Positions 28,791 through 38,650 of a DNA stretch of 64,000 bases are shown piece by piece. The stretch covers positions 15-64,014 of the forward strand of contig JAFTAM010000016.1 in NCBI GenBank assembly GCA_017458675.1. Reading direction: 5' to 3'. The position numbers and the translations under genes are program-made. The DNA is from a bacterium. GTDB taxonomy: Bacteria; Vulcanimicrobiota; Xenobia; Xenobiales; Xenobiaceae. A model generated the notes under the pieces. The model was not told where the DNA came from. It made no database searches and saw nothing but the letters and a program-made list of their open reading frames with translations. Position 1 is the first letter of the stretch, and the number at the start of each line of letters is the position of its first letter.

Positions 28791-31166
28791 GTGATTGAAA
28801 CAGCACACATCCTCGTTCTTGAGGACGACGCTTCACTGCGGGAATTGTTGGTGAGCGTCCTTCAAGATGAAGGTTTTGATGTGGAGGCTGCGGCCGGGGG
28901 GGAAGAAGCTGTTGAAATCGCCTCACGTAAATTACTCGATCTGGTCATTTTAGATATACGCATGGAAGGCCTCGACGGCCTGGAAGCTCTGGCTTTGATG
29001 CGCAGCAATCTGAAAGAGGCGGCGTCTCTGGTAATAACCGGATACGCCAGTGAGGAAGATTCGATACGGGCCCTCCGTCTGGGTGCAGCGGATTATCTGC
29101 ACAAGCCCTTCGAGCTCAATATTTTTCTCGATAAAGTCAGCGAGCTTCTGCAGCTCACCAAAAAGAGACGGCGAATTTCCTATGTAAATGAAAAACTGCA
29201 GACTCTGTTTTCCTATGCCCTGACAACCTTAATTTCCTCTCTCAGCGGCAGAAAGCTGCAGGAGCAAGCGGCCGCCTCGGCGGCTTCCGCCGCCCGAACA
29301 GCCCGCAGTCTGGCTGATTTAATGGGACTTGAACCGCCGGCGATCCAGCAGGCAGAATTTGAAGCGATTCTGAGAGCGCTTTATAAATTAAAGGCTATAA
29401 GCTGCCTGCCCGGAGAACCCGCCGCTTTACGGCAGTCGTTCGCTCAAAGCGCCGGCGACGAATATCAGCAAATCAGCCAGGCGGCCGAAACCGTCCTGCA
29501 GATTCTTTTCAGCTCCGAAAAAAAAACGCTGCAAAGCGGTCTTGAAGGCTGGATAGAATCTCAGTGCGGCGGCGAGACAGCCGAAGTTCTGTTTTCCGAG
29601 CGCTCTTTTAAAGACTCAAAAGGACGCCGATACCTTCCCTGCCTCGCAGAAGAGCAAAACGGCGAAGGCAGCGGAGACTCGGCCGCTCTGAGCATAGCCC
29701 TGACAATGTGGCATACCGGCCGGAAGGAAGAAGCCTGCCAAATCTTCCGCAGGCTCTCTTCATCAGAAAATATCCTTTGCAAAAGTCAGGCCTTTCTATA
29801 TTTAGGTCTCTTCGATCTGCAGAAGCAGCAGACAGACCTGGCAAAAAGCTTCTTTGACAGCGCTATGCGGCAGGCGGTCCGGCTGGGCCCCCTGGCCTTA
29901 GGCAAAAGCGCCCTCCAAATAGGCATTAGCATCGCCGGCGCAAACGATGAACTGAGTCAGAAATATCTTCGTGCCGCTTACAGCATTCTGGATAAGCTGC
30001 AAGCTGCTCCATGGAACGCCTGTGCATTCTTTGCCCTGCTTAACGCCAATCAAGCCGATCCGTCAGCCTGCTGCCTAAATCTGCAGCTTATTATCGAAAA
30101 CGGCGATAATCGGGCCGAAGCCTGTTTCCCCATACTGCTCCGCAAATTAGCTGAGCTGCTGATCTATTGGAAGGAAGCGCCTCCGACGGCTTCAGATTCC
30201 GGATACGGCCTCTTCAGCGAGCTATTGACAAAATTCTTAAAACAGAACATTGCCGCCTGCGTAAAGCTGATAAGCCAAAACCGCCTAGACTCCAAAACCT
30301 GTGCAGCCATATGCCGTTTCATTGAAACTAATCAGCAATACTTTCCCTACCATAAACTGCAGCAGCTTCCCATAACCGTGGCTTGTCCGCCGCCGCCCGG
30401 CTATTCTTTGGCCTGCAGCGAACAGCAAAAAATCTACATCGTCACCATGGGTCAAGTGCTCGTTCGGCTGGGGACGGCTCCGCCTGACAGTAAAATCTGG
30501 CTTACTTCCAAAATAAAGCAGTTATTCGTCCGTCTGGCCTGCGCCGGAGGACCAGTCTCCATTTCGCAGATTATCGAAGAATTCTGGCCCAACGCCGTCA
30601 ATAACGGACAGGCCAGTCTTTGGAAAGCCCTTTCCTCAATCCGCCGCATTTTAAAGCCGCACTGCCGTTTTGACGATCCCATTCTGCGCACGGACGACTG
30701 TCTCACCGTCAGTCCGCGTCTGATTCTGAGCAGCGACGCCGAAGAGCTCGAGCAGAATTGGAAATATTATCGGCAGAATCACCGCCTTCAGCATTTAAAG
30801 CGCATTCTGGAATTGTCCGAAGGGCCTTTTATGCCAGGCCTGGACAGCGAATGGGCCATGGGTAAAAGACAGCGCTTTAATTATCTCTGCAATGAAGCCG
30901 CCCTTAAGCTGTTTGCTCACTATCAGCAGCAGAACGACTGGTCCAGTATCCTGGAACTGAGCCATATATGTCTGCGCCAGGACCCCCTGAACGAATCGGG
31001 CTGTGAAATGCTCATGCGCGCCCATATGGCTCTCGGACAGCCCTCGCAGGCCCTGAGCTGTTACGGACACTTTAAAACCGGACTGAGACTGGCTCTGGAT
31101 ATTGAGCCCGGCAGCGCGCTCAACGCTCTTTTTAAGAAAGCGAAGGCGATGAATGAAAAGCTATAA
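28791..31166 (+). CDS. Response regulator: N-terminal REC + central winged-helix (OmpR/trans_reg_C-like) + C-terminal BTAD (SARP/AfsR-DnrI-type) domain
   Basis: REC motifs ILVLEDD...VILDIRMEG (Asp), VITGY (Thr), LHKPF (Lys); BTAD-like C-terminus (EWAMGKRQRFNYLCNEAALKLF...CLRQDPLNESGCEMLMRAHMALGQ); GTG start; translationally coupled to the downstream kinase. Confidence 0.85.
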   Translation: MIETAHILVLEDDASLRELLVSVLQDEGFDVEAAAGGEEAVEIASRKLLDLVILDIRMEGLDGLEALALMRSNLKEAASLVITGYASEEDSIRALRLGAADYLHKPFELNIFLDKVSELLQLTKKRRRISYVNEKLQTLFSYALTTLISSLSGRKLQEQAAASAASAARTARSLADLMGLEPPAIQQAEFEAILRALYKLKAISCLPGEPAALRQSFAQSAGDEYQQISQAAETVLQILFSSEKKTLQSGLEGWIESQCGGETAEVLFSERSFKDSKGRRYLPCLAEEQNGEGSGDSAALSIALTMWHTGRKEEACQIFRRLSSSENILCKSQAFLYLGLFDLQKQQTDLAKSFFDSAMRQAVRLGPLALGKSALQIGISIAGANDELSQKYLRAAYSILDKLQAAPWNACAFFALLNANQADPSACCLNLQLIIENGDNRAEACFPILLRKLAELLIYWKEAPPTASDSGYGLFSELLTKFLKQNIAACVKLISQNRLDSKTCAAICRFIETNQQYFPYHKLQQLPITVACPPPPGYSLACSEQQKIYIVTMGQVLVRLGTAPPDSKIWLTSKIKQLFVRLACAGGPVSISQIIEEFWPNAVNNGQASLWKALSSIRRILKPHCRFDDPILRTDDCLTVSPRLILSSDAEELEQNWKYYRQNHRLQHLKRILELSEGPFMPGLDSEWAMGKRQRFNYLCNEAALKLFAHYQQQNDWSSILELSHICLRQDPLNESGCEMLMRAHMALGQPSQALSCYGHFKTGLRLALDIEPGSALNALFKKAKAMNEKL

Positions 31167-33855
31167 AATATCTTTAACCGTAATTATCTGCATTGTGGGA
31201 TTTCTTTTACTGACGCAGAACCTGCAGGCCTGCCGGCCGGCCGATTATGCCGACTCCTTCCCCAAAATGCTCCTGCTGATTTTGGGAATTGCGCTGGAAA
31301 CGCACCCTATACGCTTCGTTCCGTTCGGACGCTTCAGCTGCGCCTGGGCCTGCTGGCTGGCCCTGGCTCTGGCCGTTCCCGGCAATATTCCCCTTCTCTG
31401 GGCAGTCATATTTCTATGTATGCTGACAGAGCGCCTGAGATTATATTTTTCAGCGAAACGCTCAGTTCATACCGCAGCCGCCTCCGCTGAAAACGCAGTT
31501 AAATCTGTTTTTACCGCTCCCTATCTGACGGAAACGCCTGAAAAGCAGCGGCAGGAATGCAGGCCGGCTGAAACCGCCCTGCTCCTTTCCGCCTGCAGTC
31601 TGCTGACTCTGACGGTATCTCTCTGGATTCTGGCTCAGAGCGGCTGCTCGCCGGAAACGGCGGCTGACGCAGGCCTCAATGCTCTCCGAGGGGACGTACG
31701 CTTTACCGATGCCGAGCTCTTGCCGCCGGCCGTTATCGGCCTTTATCCGCTGCTCAACACCGTTCTGCCCTTTATATTTATTCCCGGCCTAAAAGCTGCG
31801 GCAGAGCCTGAAGCGGCTATGCGCCGGCAGCGTCTCTCCGTCTGCGAGCTGAGCCTGGGCATTCTGGGGCTGGCCGCCTATAAAAGCCTGAACGGCGATT
31901 TCTGTTTATTTGTTCTGATTACGGTCGCCGTAATCAGCTGCCGCGCCTGGGGCTTTGCCGTCTTTCAGAGCGAAGACTGGCTGCGCAGCCGGCGTCTCAG
32001 CAGAAGCCTGGAGAATAAAGACAAAAAGCTGCTTGCCGTTCAGAAGGACTGCAGCGATCTATCCATACAGCTTCGCAGCGATCGTCAGGAGCGCCAGCTT
32101 GTCAATATTATCGAACAGGAACTGACCCTGAGAAATAACGGAGAGACTTTAAAGACAGCCTTAGAACTTACCGCCAAAATGGTAAATATCGAACAGGCTG
32201 CCATTTTCGGCAGCCGCAGCGGCCGTCTGGTTCCCCGCTTCTATATTAAAGAGGACGAGCTTCTCAAAAACTGGGATCTATTGGACCTTCAGGACCCTCT
32301 CCTGAATATGGCCTGCTGCCGCCGGACGGCTGTTACTCTGCAGGAATTGGCAGAATCAGATCTGCAGCTGCCGCCCGGTCCATTTGCTTATCCCTTTCAG
32401 ATAGCCGTATTTATGGCGGAAGGTTCCGTTCTTTGGCTGGCCCGCTCACATAAAGAATTCAATGACAGAGAAATACGCCTCTTAAAAGAAGCCGCCTTAA
32501 AAATCGGCCTGGCCGACCGTGAATCGCAGCATGCCGAGGATCTGCAAAAGCAGCTGCAGGAGCTGGCTCAAGCCAACGCCTATTTGTCAGCCTGGAATGA
32601 GAGAATCAACGAATTTATGGCCGGCCTTAACCGGGCGCTGGATTTGAGCGGCAGCCGGGCTGCTTTAAATGAAATTGAAAGTCTCGTCAAAACCATTATT
32701 GAAGCAGACTGCGTATGCTTCGTATTCGGCGGAGAAAACGACGGCGAAAAAGAGCAATCCGACTGCGAAAGAGAAGCGGCTCCGCCGCCTCAGCCTGTTT
32801 CAGCGGAAAGCCGCCGCTCGCTTGAGGAACTGCGCCGCTGCGTCTGCCGCAACCGACGTCCCCTGCTCATTGACGATCTCAGAGGAAGCAGATTTAAGCC
32901 TCCCCATCCTGAAATAATTTCGATCCTGGCAGTGCCCGTCATGAGCCGCTATCTGAGCGAAGAGTGCGATTCCGACGAACCTGACAAATGCCGCGCCGTA
33001 AGCGACGCCGTCATCCTGGGCGCCTGCCGAACCGACGCCTTTTCCCGACAGGATCAGGACATTATGCAGCTGCTGGCCGAACGCCTGGACGTTATATTGC
33101 GCAGCCGCCGTCTGCAAATGCAGCTGCAGAGGGCCAATCAGGATCTGAAGAAATCGCAGGCCTCCCTGATCCAGTCCGGCAAAATGGCGGCCATAGGACA
33201 GATGGCCGCAGGTCTGGCCCATGAGCTTAACACCCCTCTGGGTTCGGTAATTCTGGGCATCGATTCCGCCGCTCTCAGTCTGAAGCGTGAAAAGACGCAG
33301 ACCGCCGCCGAAAGGCTGGATACCGCCAAAAAAGCCGCTCAGCACGCGCAGAGCATCATAAAAAATCTGCTCTATTATTCGCGGGAGGAAGCTCAGAAAG
33401 ACCTCCGTCCCATCAATTTAAATCTGATCATAGACGACGCCATCGCTTTAATCGGACACAGGCTCAAAAAATGCGGCCTTACCGTCAGAAAAACTTTGGG
33501 AGAGCTCCCTCTATGCACAGTCAACCGCAGCGAAATGCAGCAGGTCTTTACCAATTTAATACTCAACAGCTGCGACGCCGTAAAGGACAGCCCCGAACCG
33601 CATATTTTGGAAATCAGCTCGCATATAGATTCAAAGGGACTCGTCGAGCTATGCTTTAAGGACAACGGCTGCGGCATAGCCCCCGACCATTTAAAGCGTA
33701 TATTTGAGCCCTTTTTCACCACCAAGGAGCCAGGCTGCGGCACGGGTCTCGGCCTCTCCGTAAGCCGGGAGATTCTCTCCAAACTGAACGGCGAGCTCCT
33801 GGCCGAATCGTGCCCCGGGAGCACCGTATTCACGGTAAAGCTGCCCTGCGGATAA
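31153..33855 (+). CDS. Sensor histidine kinase (multi-TM N-terminus, GAF-like middle region, HisKA + HATPase_c)
   Basis: H-box MAAGLAHELNTPLGSV; N/G boxes FTNLILNSCDAV, DNGCGI, GCGTGLGLSVSREIL; overlaps the RR stop by 14 nt. Confidence 0.9.
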   Translation: MKSYKISLTVIICIVGFLLLTQNLQACRPADYADSFPKMLLLILGIALETHPIRFVPFGRFSCAWACWLALALAVPGNIPLLWAVIFLCMLTERLRLYFSAKRSVHTAAASAENAVKSVFTAPYLTETPEKQRQECRPAETALLLSACSLLTLTVSLWILAQSGCSPETAADAGLNALRGDVRFTDAELLPPAVIGLYPLLNTVLPFIFIPGLKAAAEPEAAMRRQRLSVCELSLGILGLAAYKSLNGDFCLFVLITVAVISCRAWGFAVFQSEDWLRSRRLSRSLENKDKKLLAVQKDCSDLSIQLRSDRQERQLVNIIEQELTLRNNGETLKTALELTAKMVNIEQAAIFGSRSGRLVPRFYIKEDELLKNWDLLDLQDPLLNMACCRRTAVTLQELAESDLQLPPGPFAYPFQIAVFMAEGSVLWLARSHKEFNDREIRLLKEAALKIGLADRESQHAEDLQKQLQELAQANAYLSAWNERINEFMAGLNRALDLSGSRAALNEIESLVKTIIEADCVCFVFGGENDGEKEQSDCEREAAPPPQPVSAESRRSLEELRRCVCRNRRPLLIDDLRGSRFKPPHPEIISILAVPVMSRYLSEECDSDEPDKCRAVSDAVILGACRTDAFSRQDQDIMQLLAERLDVILRSRRLQMQLQRANQDLKKSQASLIQSGKMAAIGQMAAGLAHELNTPLGSVILGIDSAALSLKREKTQTAAERLDTAKKAAQHAQSIIKNLLYYSREEAQKDLRPINLNLIIDDAIALIGHRLKKCGLTVRKTLGELPLCTVNRSEMQQVFTNLILNSCDAVKDSPEPHILEISSHIDSKGLVELCFKDNGCGIAPDHLKRIFEPFFTTKEPGCGTGLGLSVSREILSKLNGELLAESCPGSTVFTVKLPCG

Positions 33856-33976
33856 ATAATAAACCTGCAGAATCTGGCTGCAAGCTGACAGCCTTAACCG
33901 CCCGTTTCTCATTTTTTTCAGGCGGTTCCTCCATAATCAGTATTGTCAAATATTCATTAACGGAGGTGAGAAATCT

Positions 33977-34942
33977 GTGAATGACGCTATCCGCTTGCCT
34001 TTTTACGACAAACAGGAATATCTGAAAAACCTAAGGCCTATCAACGACCTTATGTTTCGCCTCTGCGCTAAATCCAAAAGCTGGTGCGAAGAGCTGCTGC
34101 GCACAGTTTTCGACGACGGTAAACTTACAGTAGAAGAAAACTGCGTTCAGTACGATTTAGCCAATCCCGGCCGCCGTTCCGTCATTCTGGACGCCAAATG
34201 CCGCTTAGGGAACGGCGATCTGGTTAATATCGAAGTTCAAACCGGCGAGCACGGCGATCATCAGAGAAGAGTACGTTTCCATTCTGCCCTGCTGACCGCC
34301 GAATCCAGCCTGCCTCAGATGGATTTTGCGGATATTCCCAATGTCTGCATAATTTATATATGCGAATTTGATATTTTCGGCTACAATAGTCCTATATATA
34401 AGGTTGACCGCGTGCTGCGCGGCTTCGGCGATGTATTGGATAACGGCTGTACGGAAATATACATAAACGCGCTGGCCAGGGACAATTCCAAAATTTCTCG
34501 GTTAATGGAGATTTTCGTAAACCGGGACGCCTATAACTTTGAAGATTTTGCCAATATTTCCACAATCAAACATTACTTTTTCAACTCTCGGAAAGGACAG
34601 GAAGAAATGGACGAAGCTCTGGAAAATTTATTTAAGGGCAGTTTAGCCCAGGTCAAAGCGGAAGCAATAGCTCAAGGTTTAGCTCAAGGCATGGCTCAAG
34701 GCATTGCTCAAGGCAAGGCTCAAGGAATTGCTGAAGGCAAGGCTCAAGGTATTGCTGAAGGTAAGGCTCAAGGTATTGCTCAAGGCAAAAAAGAAGGCAT
34801 AATATCCGTATTTATCAATCTGGTGAAGGACGGATTAATTTCTGTAGGCGAAGCCTGCAGACGCGCTGAGATATCAGAGGAAGCGTTCAAAGCTTTTATG
34901 GAAAAATACAGCCAGGAACAGGCTCAGATACAACATAACTGA
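33977..34942 (+). CDS. Rpn-family recombination-promoting nuclease / putative transposase (PD-(D/E)XK, YhgA-like) with C-terminal (AQGI/AEGK)n repeat
   Basis: N-terminal YhgA-like region (PINDLMFRLC...NIEVQTGEHGDHQRRVRFHSALL); 12-nt periodic gctcaaggxattgctcaaggc repeats encoding AQGLAQGMAQGIAQGKAQGIAEGKAQG; GTG start with GGAGGTG RBS. Confidence 0.8.
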   Translation: MNDAIRLPFYDKQEYLKNLRPINDLMFRLCAKSKSWCEELLRTVFDDGKLTVEENCVQYDLANPGRRSVILDAKCRLGNGDLVNIEVQTGEHGDHQRRVRFHSALLTAESSLPQMDFADIPNVCIIYICEFDIFGYNSPIYKVDRVLRGFGDVLDNGCTEIYINALARDNSKISRLMEIFVNRDAYNFEDFANISTIKHYFFNSRKGQEEMDEALENLFKGSLAQVKAEAIAQGLAQGMAQGIAQGKAQGIAEGKAQGIAEGKAQGIAQGKKEGIISVFINLVKDGLISVGEACRRAEISEEAFKAFMEKYSQEQAQIQHN

Positions 34943-34981
34943 ATACTGCGTTCATACTCCAGACCAATATTGAAATATAAA

Positions 34982-35024
34982 GGCCCGGAATGACAGCTGC
35001 CGTGTCATTCCGGGCCATTTTTTT
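34982..35024 (+). terminator. Rho-independent terminator after the Rpn gene (possibly bidirectional)
   Basis: Perfect 14-bp stem ggcccggaatgaca/tgtcattccgggcc followed by TTTTTTT. Confidence 0.7.
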
Positions 35025-35063
35025 CAGCTGCTCAGCAGCTGCCTTGCAGACAGCTGCTAAGAA

Positions 35064-36752
35064 TTAGAGTCTTGCCTCTTCCGGCTCAGCTGTTTTTTCA
35101 GCTTCAGCGCCTTTGGCGCCGTCAGCTTGAATTTCCGCTGCGGGTACCTCGGGAGAACCTTTCGCTTCAGAGACGTCGGCAGAATCTTCCGCCTTTTCAC
35201 CCTGCTGAGCCTGGGCGGCAAGCACGGCCTGGCTGGTTCCGGTCTTCGACCACCATACCGAATAGGCAAGAATCAGAATTGCCGTCGTAAAGCCAACGCC
35301 GGCCATTACATACCACATGTAGGGCGCGTGATGGCTCTGATACATAATCTGCGTCAGTTCCTGGGGAGTCTGGCCGCTGAGCTCAATTAAACGGCTGAAA
35401 GCTTCGCCGTGAGGAACGGCGGCGGCCTCGTCGGCAGGAAGCAGGTTCATGGAAGCGATCAGTTCCCGGGAGAAATTGTCCTTAGAGGAAAAGAAATCGT
35501 AGAGCCTGGGACCTACAAAGCCCTCCAGAGTAGAGCCGATGGCAAAGGACATCTGAGCCAGACCCAGATACATGGCCTTTTTATCGCTCGAAGCCAGATG
35601 CGTGCCCACGAACTCGCTGAACTTGGGGCTGGAAAGCATTTCGCCTACGCTGAAGACGGCGATGGCCATTAAACAGGTCCAGCCCATATGGGAAAGACCC
35701 AAAAGACACATAGCCAGCGCGGCCAGCGAAGTACCCAGAGCGATGCTGCGCAGGATCTTCATCTTGGAGGAAACCCAGGCAAAGAAGAAACAGGTCGTCA
35801 TAATCAGCGCGCAGTTGAGGTTCATCATGCCCTCTGGCTGCACATAGGACTTGGTCTTGTCCAGGATCATCACAAAGCCTATAATCTTGTTGTCCATGCT
35901 GAAGAACTGCGAAACTGTGCTCACCACGTCCCGGCTGTCCACCCAGTCGCGGATGTACAGCGGCAGAACGTCGAAGAGGCAGTTGAACATGAAGTAAAAG
36001 CCTGTGAAGATTGCCAAAAAGACGCACAGATGGGGACGCTTGAGCTCGTTCCAGGTATCGGCGGCCAGACTGCGCTGCTTGATATTCTTTTCCTTAAGCT
36101 CCTTCTGACGGGCCAGACGCTCCTCCAAACCGGGCTCCTTATAAGTAAGAAGCAGAATGAAGTTGCAGGCGATGATGGCGGCGCAGGCAAAGAAAACGTG
36201 GCTCCACTCCATCTTGCGCAGGAAACCGGCCATCAGGGGACCGATAAAACCTCCGATATTTACGGTCTGATAGAAGACGCCCCAGGCCATGGAGCTGTTC
36301 TCCGGCTTGGTGCTTTTGGCCAATGTGCCCTGAATGCCCGGCTTAAAAATAGCCGTACCGGTGGCCAGACAAATGGCGCCCGCCAAAAATCCGTAAAAGG
36401 TGGGGAAAAAGGCCATTATCAGATAAGCGGTCATCTTGACTACCGTGGAGATGCCGATCATCAGCTTATAGCCGTAACGATCGGCCAGACCGCCCACAAA
36501 GATAGGCACAAACCCCTGGAATCCCGACCACACCATCAAAATGATGCCGAACTTGGCGGCGGTTATGCCCAAGCCGCCCTCAGAGGCCGCGGTGGTGGCA
36601 TAGAGACCGGCCACGGCGCGCACGCCGTAATAGGCCAGTCTTTCTACCATCTCCATGGCGCCGACTATCCAAAATACATAACCCAGGCTCAGGATAGCCG
36701 CAAAAAGCCCTAGCTGCTTTATATCGGTATTGCTGCCTTTAGCTTCCGTCAT
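35064..36752 (-). CDS. Proton-dependent oligopeptide transporter (POT/PTR2 family, DtpT-like) with charged C-terminal tail
   Basis: PTR2 signature GAMEMVERLAYYGVRA (ExxERFxYYG); 12+ TM MFS fold. Confidence 0.85.
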   Translation of the reverse strand: MTEAKGSNTDIKQLGLFAAILSLGYVFWIVGAMEMVERLAYYGVRAVAGLYATTAASEGGLGITAAKFGIILMVWSGFQGFVPIFVGGLADRYGYKLMIGISTVVKMTAYLIMAFFPTFYGFLAGAICLATGTAIFKPGIQGTLAKSTKPENSSMAWGVFYQTVNIGGFIGPLMAGFLRKMEWSHVFFACAAIIACNFILLLTYKEPGLEERLARQKELKEKNIKQRSLAADTWNELKRPHLCVFLAIFTGFYFMFNCLFDVLPLYIRDWVDSRDVVSTVSQFFSMDNKIIGFVMILDKTKSYVQPEGMMNLNCALIMTTCFFFAWVSSKMKILRSIALGTSLAALAMCLLGLSHMGWTCLMAIAVFSVGEMLSSPKFSEFVGTHLASSDKKAMYLGLAQMSFAIGSTLEGFVGPRLYDFFSSKDNFSRELIASMNLLPADEAAAVPHGEAFSRLIELSGQTPQELTQIMYQSHHAPYMWYVMAGVGFTTAILILAYSVWWSKTGTSQAVLAAQAQQGEKAEDSADVSEAKGSPEVPAAEIQADGAKGAEAEKTAEPEEARL

Positions 36753-36769
36753 ACTTATTTAACCTCAAA

Positions 36770-38503
36770 TTATTTTTTGCTCTCTTCGCCCCCGCCTTTA
36801 GCCTTATCAGTCCCGCCGTCTGCTTCCGCTGTTCCGACGGCGCCCTTATCTGCCTTAACCTCTGCTCCGGTTTCTTTCTGCGCTTCCGCAGTTTCGGGAG
36901 CAACCTTAAAATCTTCCGCATCCCTTTTCGAATCGGCCTCAGACGCAGCGGCTTCTGCAGGTTCCCCGGTCTTTACAGCCTTATCCCCGGCATGGCGTCC
37001 GTACCACACTGAATAAGCAAACATCGCCAAAGCCGTAAGCAGACCGATAGCTCCGAAGAAGAACCAGACATTGGCTACGGCAAAATCGCTGTACATCTGC
37101 CTGGTCAGCACGTCGGCAGAAATACCGCTGACCTCCGTTAAACGCTCAAAGGCTTCTCCGGGAGGTATAGCCTCCAGCTGGTCGGCGTTCATATTGTAGG
37201 CTTCGCCCAGCAGCTTTCGGGCAAAAGTATCTTTAGAGGAAAAGATCTCGTAAATAAACGGTCCGAAATAACCCTCGAGGGTGGCGCTCACCGCATAAGA
37301 GACCTGAGCGATGCCCAGATAGGTGGCCTTTTTATCGTCAGGGGCCAAATAGTTGCCCACAAATTCACTGAATTTAACATTGGAAAACATCTCGCCCAGA
37401 GTAAAGACTACTACGGCCAGGGCGCAGATCCAGCCCATATGGGATACGCCCAGCAGAGCCATGGAAGCGGCCACAAAGACGAAACCCAGGGAGATACTGT
37501 GCAGAATCTTCATCTTAGATGACAGATAAGCAAAGATAAAGCAGACCGTCATAATGATGGCGCAGTTTATGTTGAGCATTCCCTCAGGCTGAACAAAGCT
37601 GCCGGTTTTATCCAGAACCATGATGAAGCTGATTATCTTATTCTTAACGTCAATATGCCAGGAGGTCAGAGTATTGACAATATCGGTGCTGTTGACCCAG
37701 TCGTTGATGTGCAGGGGCAGAATATCGAACATATAGCTGTACAGCAGATAAAAGCCCGAAAATATAAACAGGAACAAATACATTTTCGGGTCCTTAATTA
37801 CTTCAGCGCCGTTTTTCAGCAACGCTCCGAAGCCCTGACGCTTCTTCTCGTTCTCAGCCTTCAGCTGCTCGCGCTCCTCGCGGCCGGGCTCCTTATAGGT
37901 AAGCAGAATCAGCAAATTAACGCTGCCGACAATGGCGCAGGCCAGAAAGACGTAATCCCAGGACATCTTTCGCAGATAGCCAGCCACCAAAGGAGAAAGG
38001 AAAGCTCCTAAATTTACGGCCTGATAAAAAAGTCCCCAGCCCAGAGAGGAGTTTTCCGGATTTGTGGCCTTTGCTACCGCTCCCTGAACGCTTGGGACCC
38101 AGAAGGAGGTTCCTACCGCCAAAACGACTACGCTCACCAAAAAGCTCCAAAAATCGTGGCAGAAGATCATCATGACAAACGAGGCGGTCTTCAGAAGGGT
38201 TGAAACGCCCATCATCAGCTTATAGCCGTATTTATCGGCTAAGCCGCCTATAAAAAACGGCAGAAAGCCCTGCAGCGCAGACCATACCGCCAGGATAACT
38301 CCCAGCCGGGCGACAGTTATGCCCAAGCCGCCTTCAGCCGAGGGAATTACCGCATACAGCATAACCAGCGAGCGAAGGCCGTAAAAGGCCAGGCGCTCCA
38401 CCATTTCCATTCCCCCCAGACACCAAAACATGTAGCCCAAACTGGCCAAAGCGGCCCATAGACCTAAATTACCGGAATTTTCCTTAACTTTGTCCTGCGG
38501 CAT
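36770..38503 (-). CDS. Proton-dependent oligopeptide transporter (POT/PTR2 family), tandem paralogue
   Basis: GGMEMVERLAFYGLRS; collinear similarity to 35064-36752; acidic/Lys-rich C-terminal tail. Confidence 0.85.
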   Translation of the reverse strand: MPQDKVKENSGNLGLWAALASLGYMFWCLGGMEMVERLAFYGLRSLVMLYAVIPSAEGGLGITVARLGVILAVWSALQGFLPFFIGGLADKYGYKLMMGVSTLLKTASFVMMIFCHDFWSFLVSVVVLAVGTSFWVPSVQGAVAKATNPENSSLGWGLFYQAVNLGAFLSPLVAGYLRKMSWDYVFLACAIVGSVNLLILLTYKEPGREEREQLKAENEKKRQGFGALLKNGAEVIKDPKMYLFLFIFSGFYLLYSYMFDILPLHINDWVNSTDIVNTLTSWHIDVKNKIISFIMVLDKTGSFVQPEGMLNINCAIIMTVCFIFAYLSSKMKILHSISLGFVFVAASMALLGVSHMGWICALAVVVFTLGEMFSNVKFSEFVGNYLAPDDKKATYLGIAQVSYAVSATLEGYFGPFIYEIFSSKDTFARKLLGEAYNMNADQLEAIPPGEAFERLTEVSGISADVLTRQMYSDFAVANVWFFFGAIGLLTALAMFAYSVWYGRHAGDKAVKTGEPAEAAASEADSKRDAEDFKVAPETAEAQKETGAEVKADKGAVGTAEADGGTDKAKGGGEESKK

Positions 38504-38650
38504 ACCGACCTGCTTTCTCTAAATAATAATTATGAACGAACCGGCCCGCCTCAGCCGAAGGCATGAAGGCATCCGCCGAAAAATAAAAGCCGCCCGCATA
38601 AAATATTCATTTATCCTGCGGCGGCTTTTAAATGCAAAATTTAAAGCATA

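Noticed and set aside
33393-33912. Minus-strand ORFs 33393-33833 and 33691-33912 overlapping the histidine kinase 3' end
   Set aside because: They lie antisense within the HATPase_c region of the kinase; no support.
35072-38150. Numerous plus-strand ORFs inside the two POT transporter genes
   Set aside because: They are antisense to strongly supported PTR2-family genes (ExxERFxYYG motif, 12-TM hydropathy).
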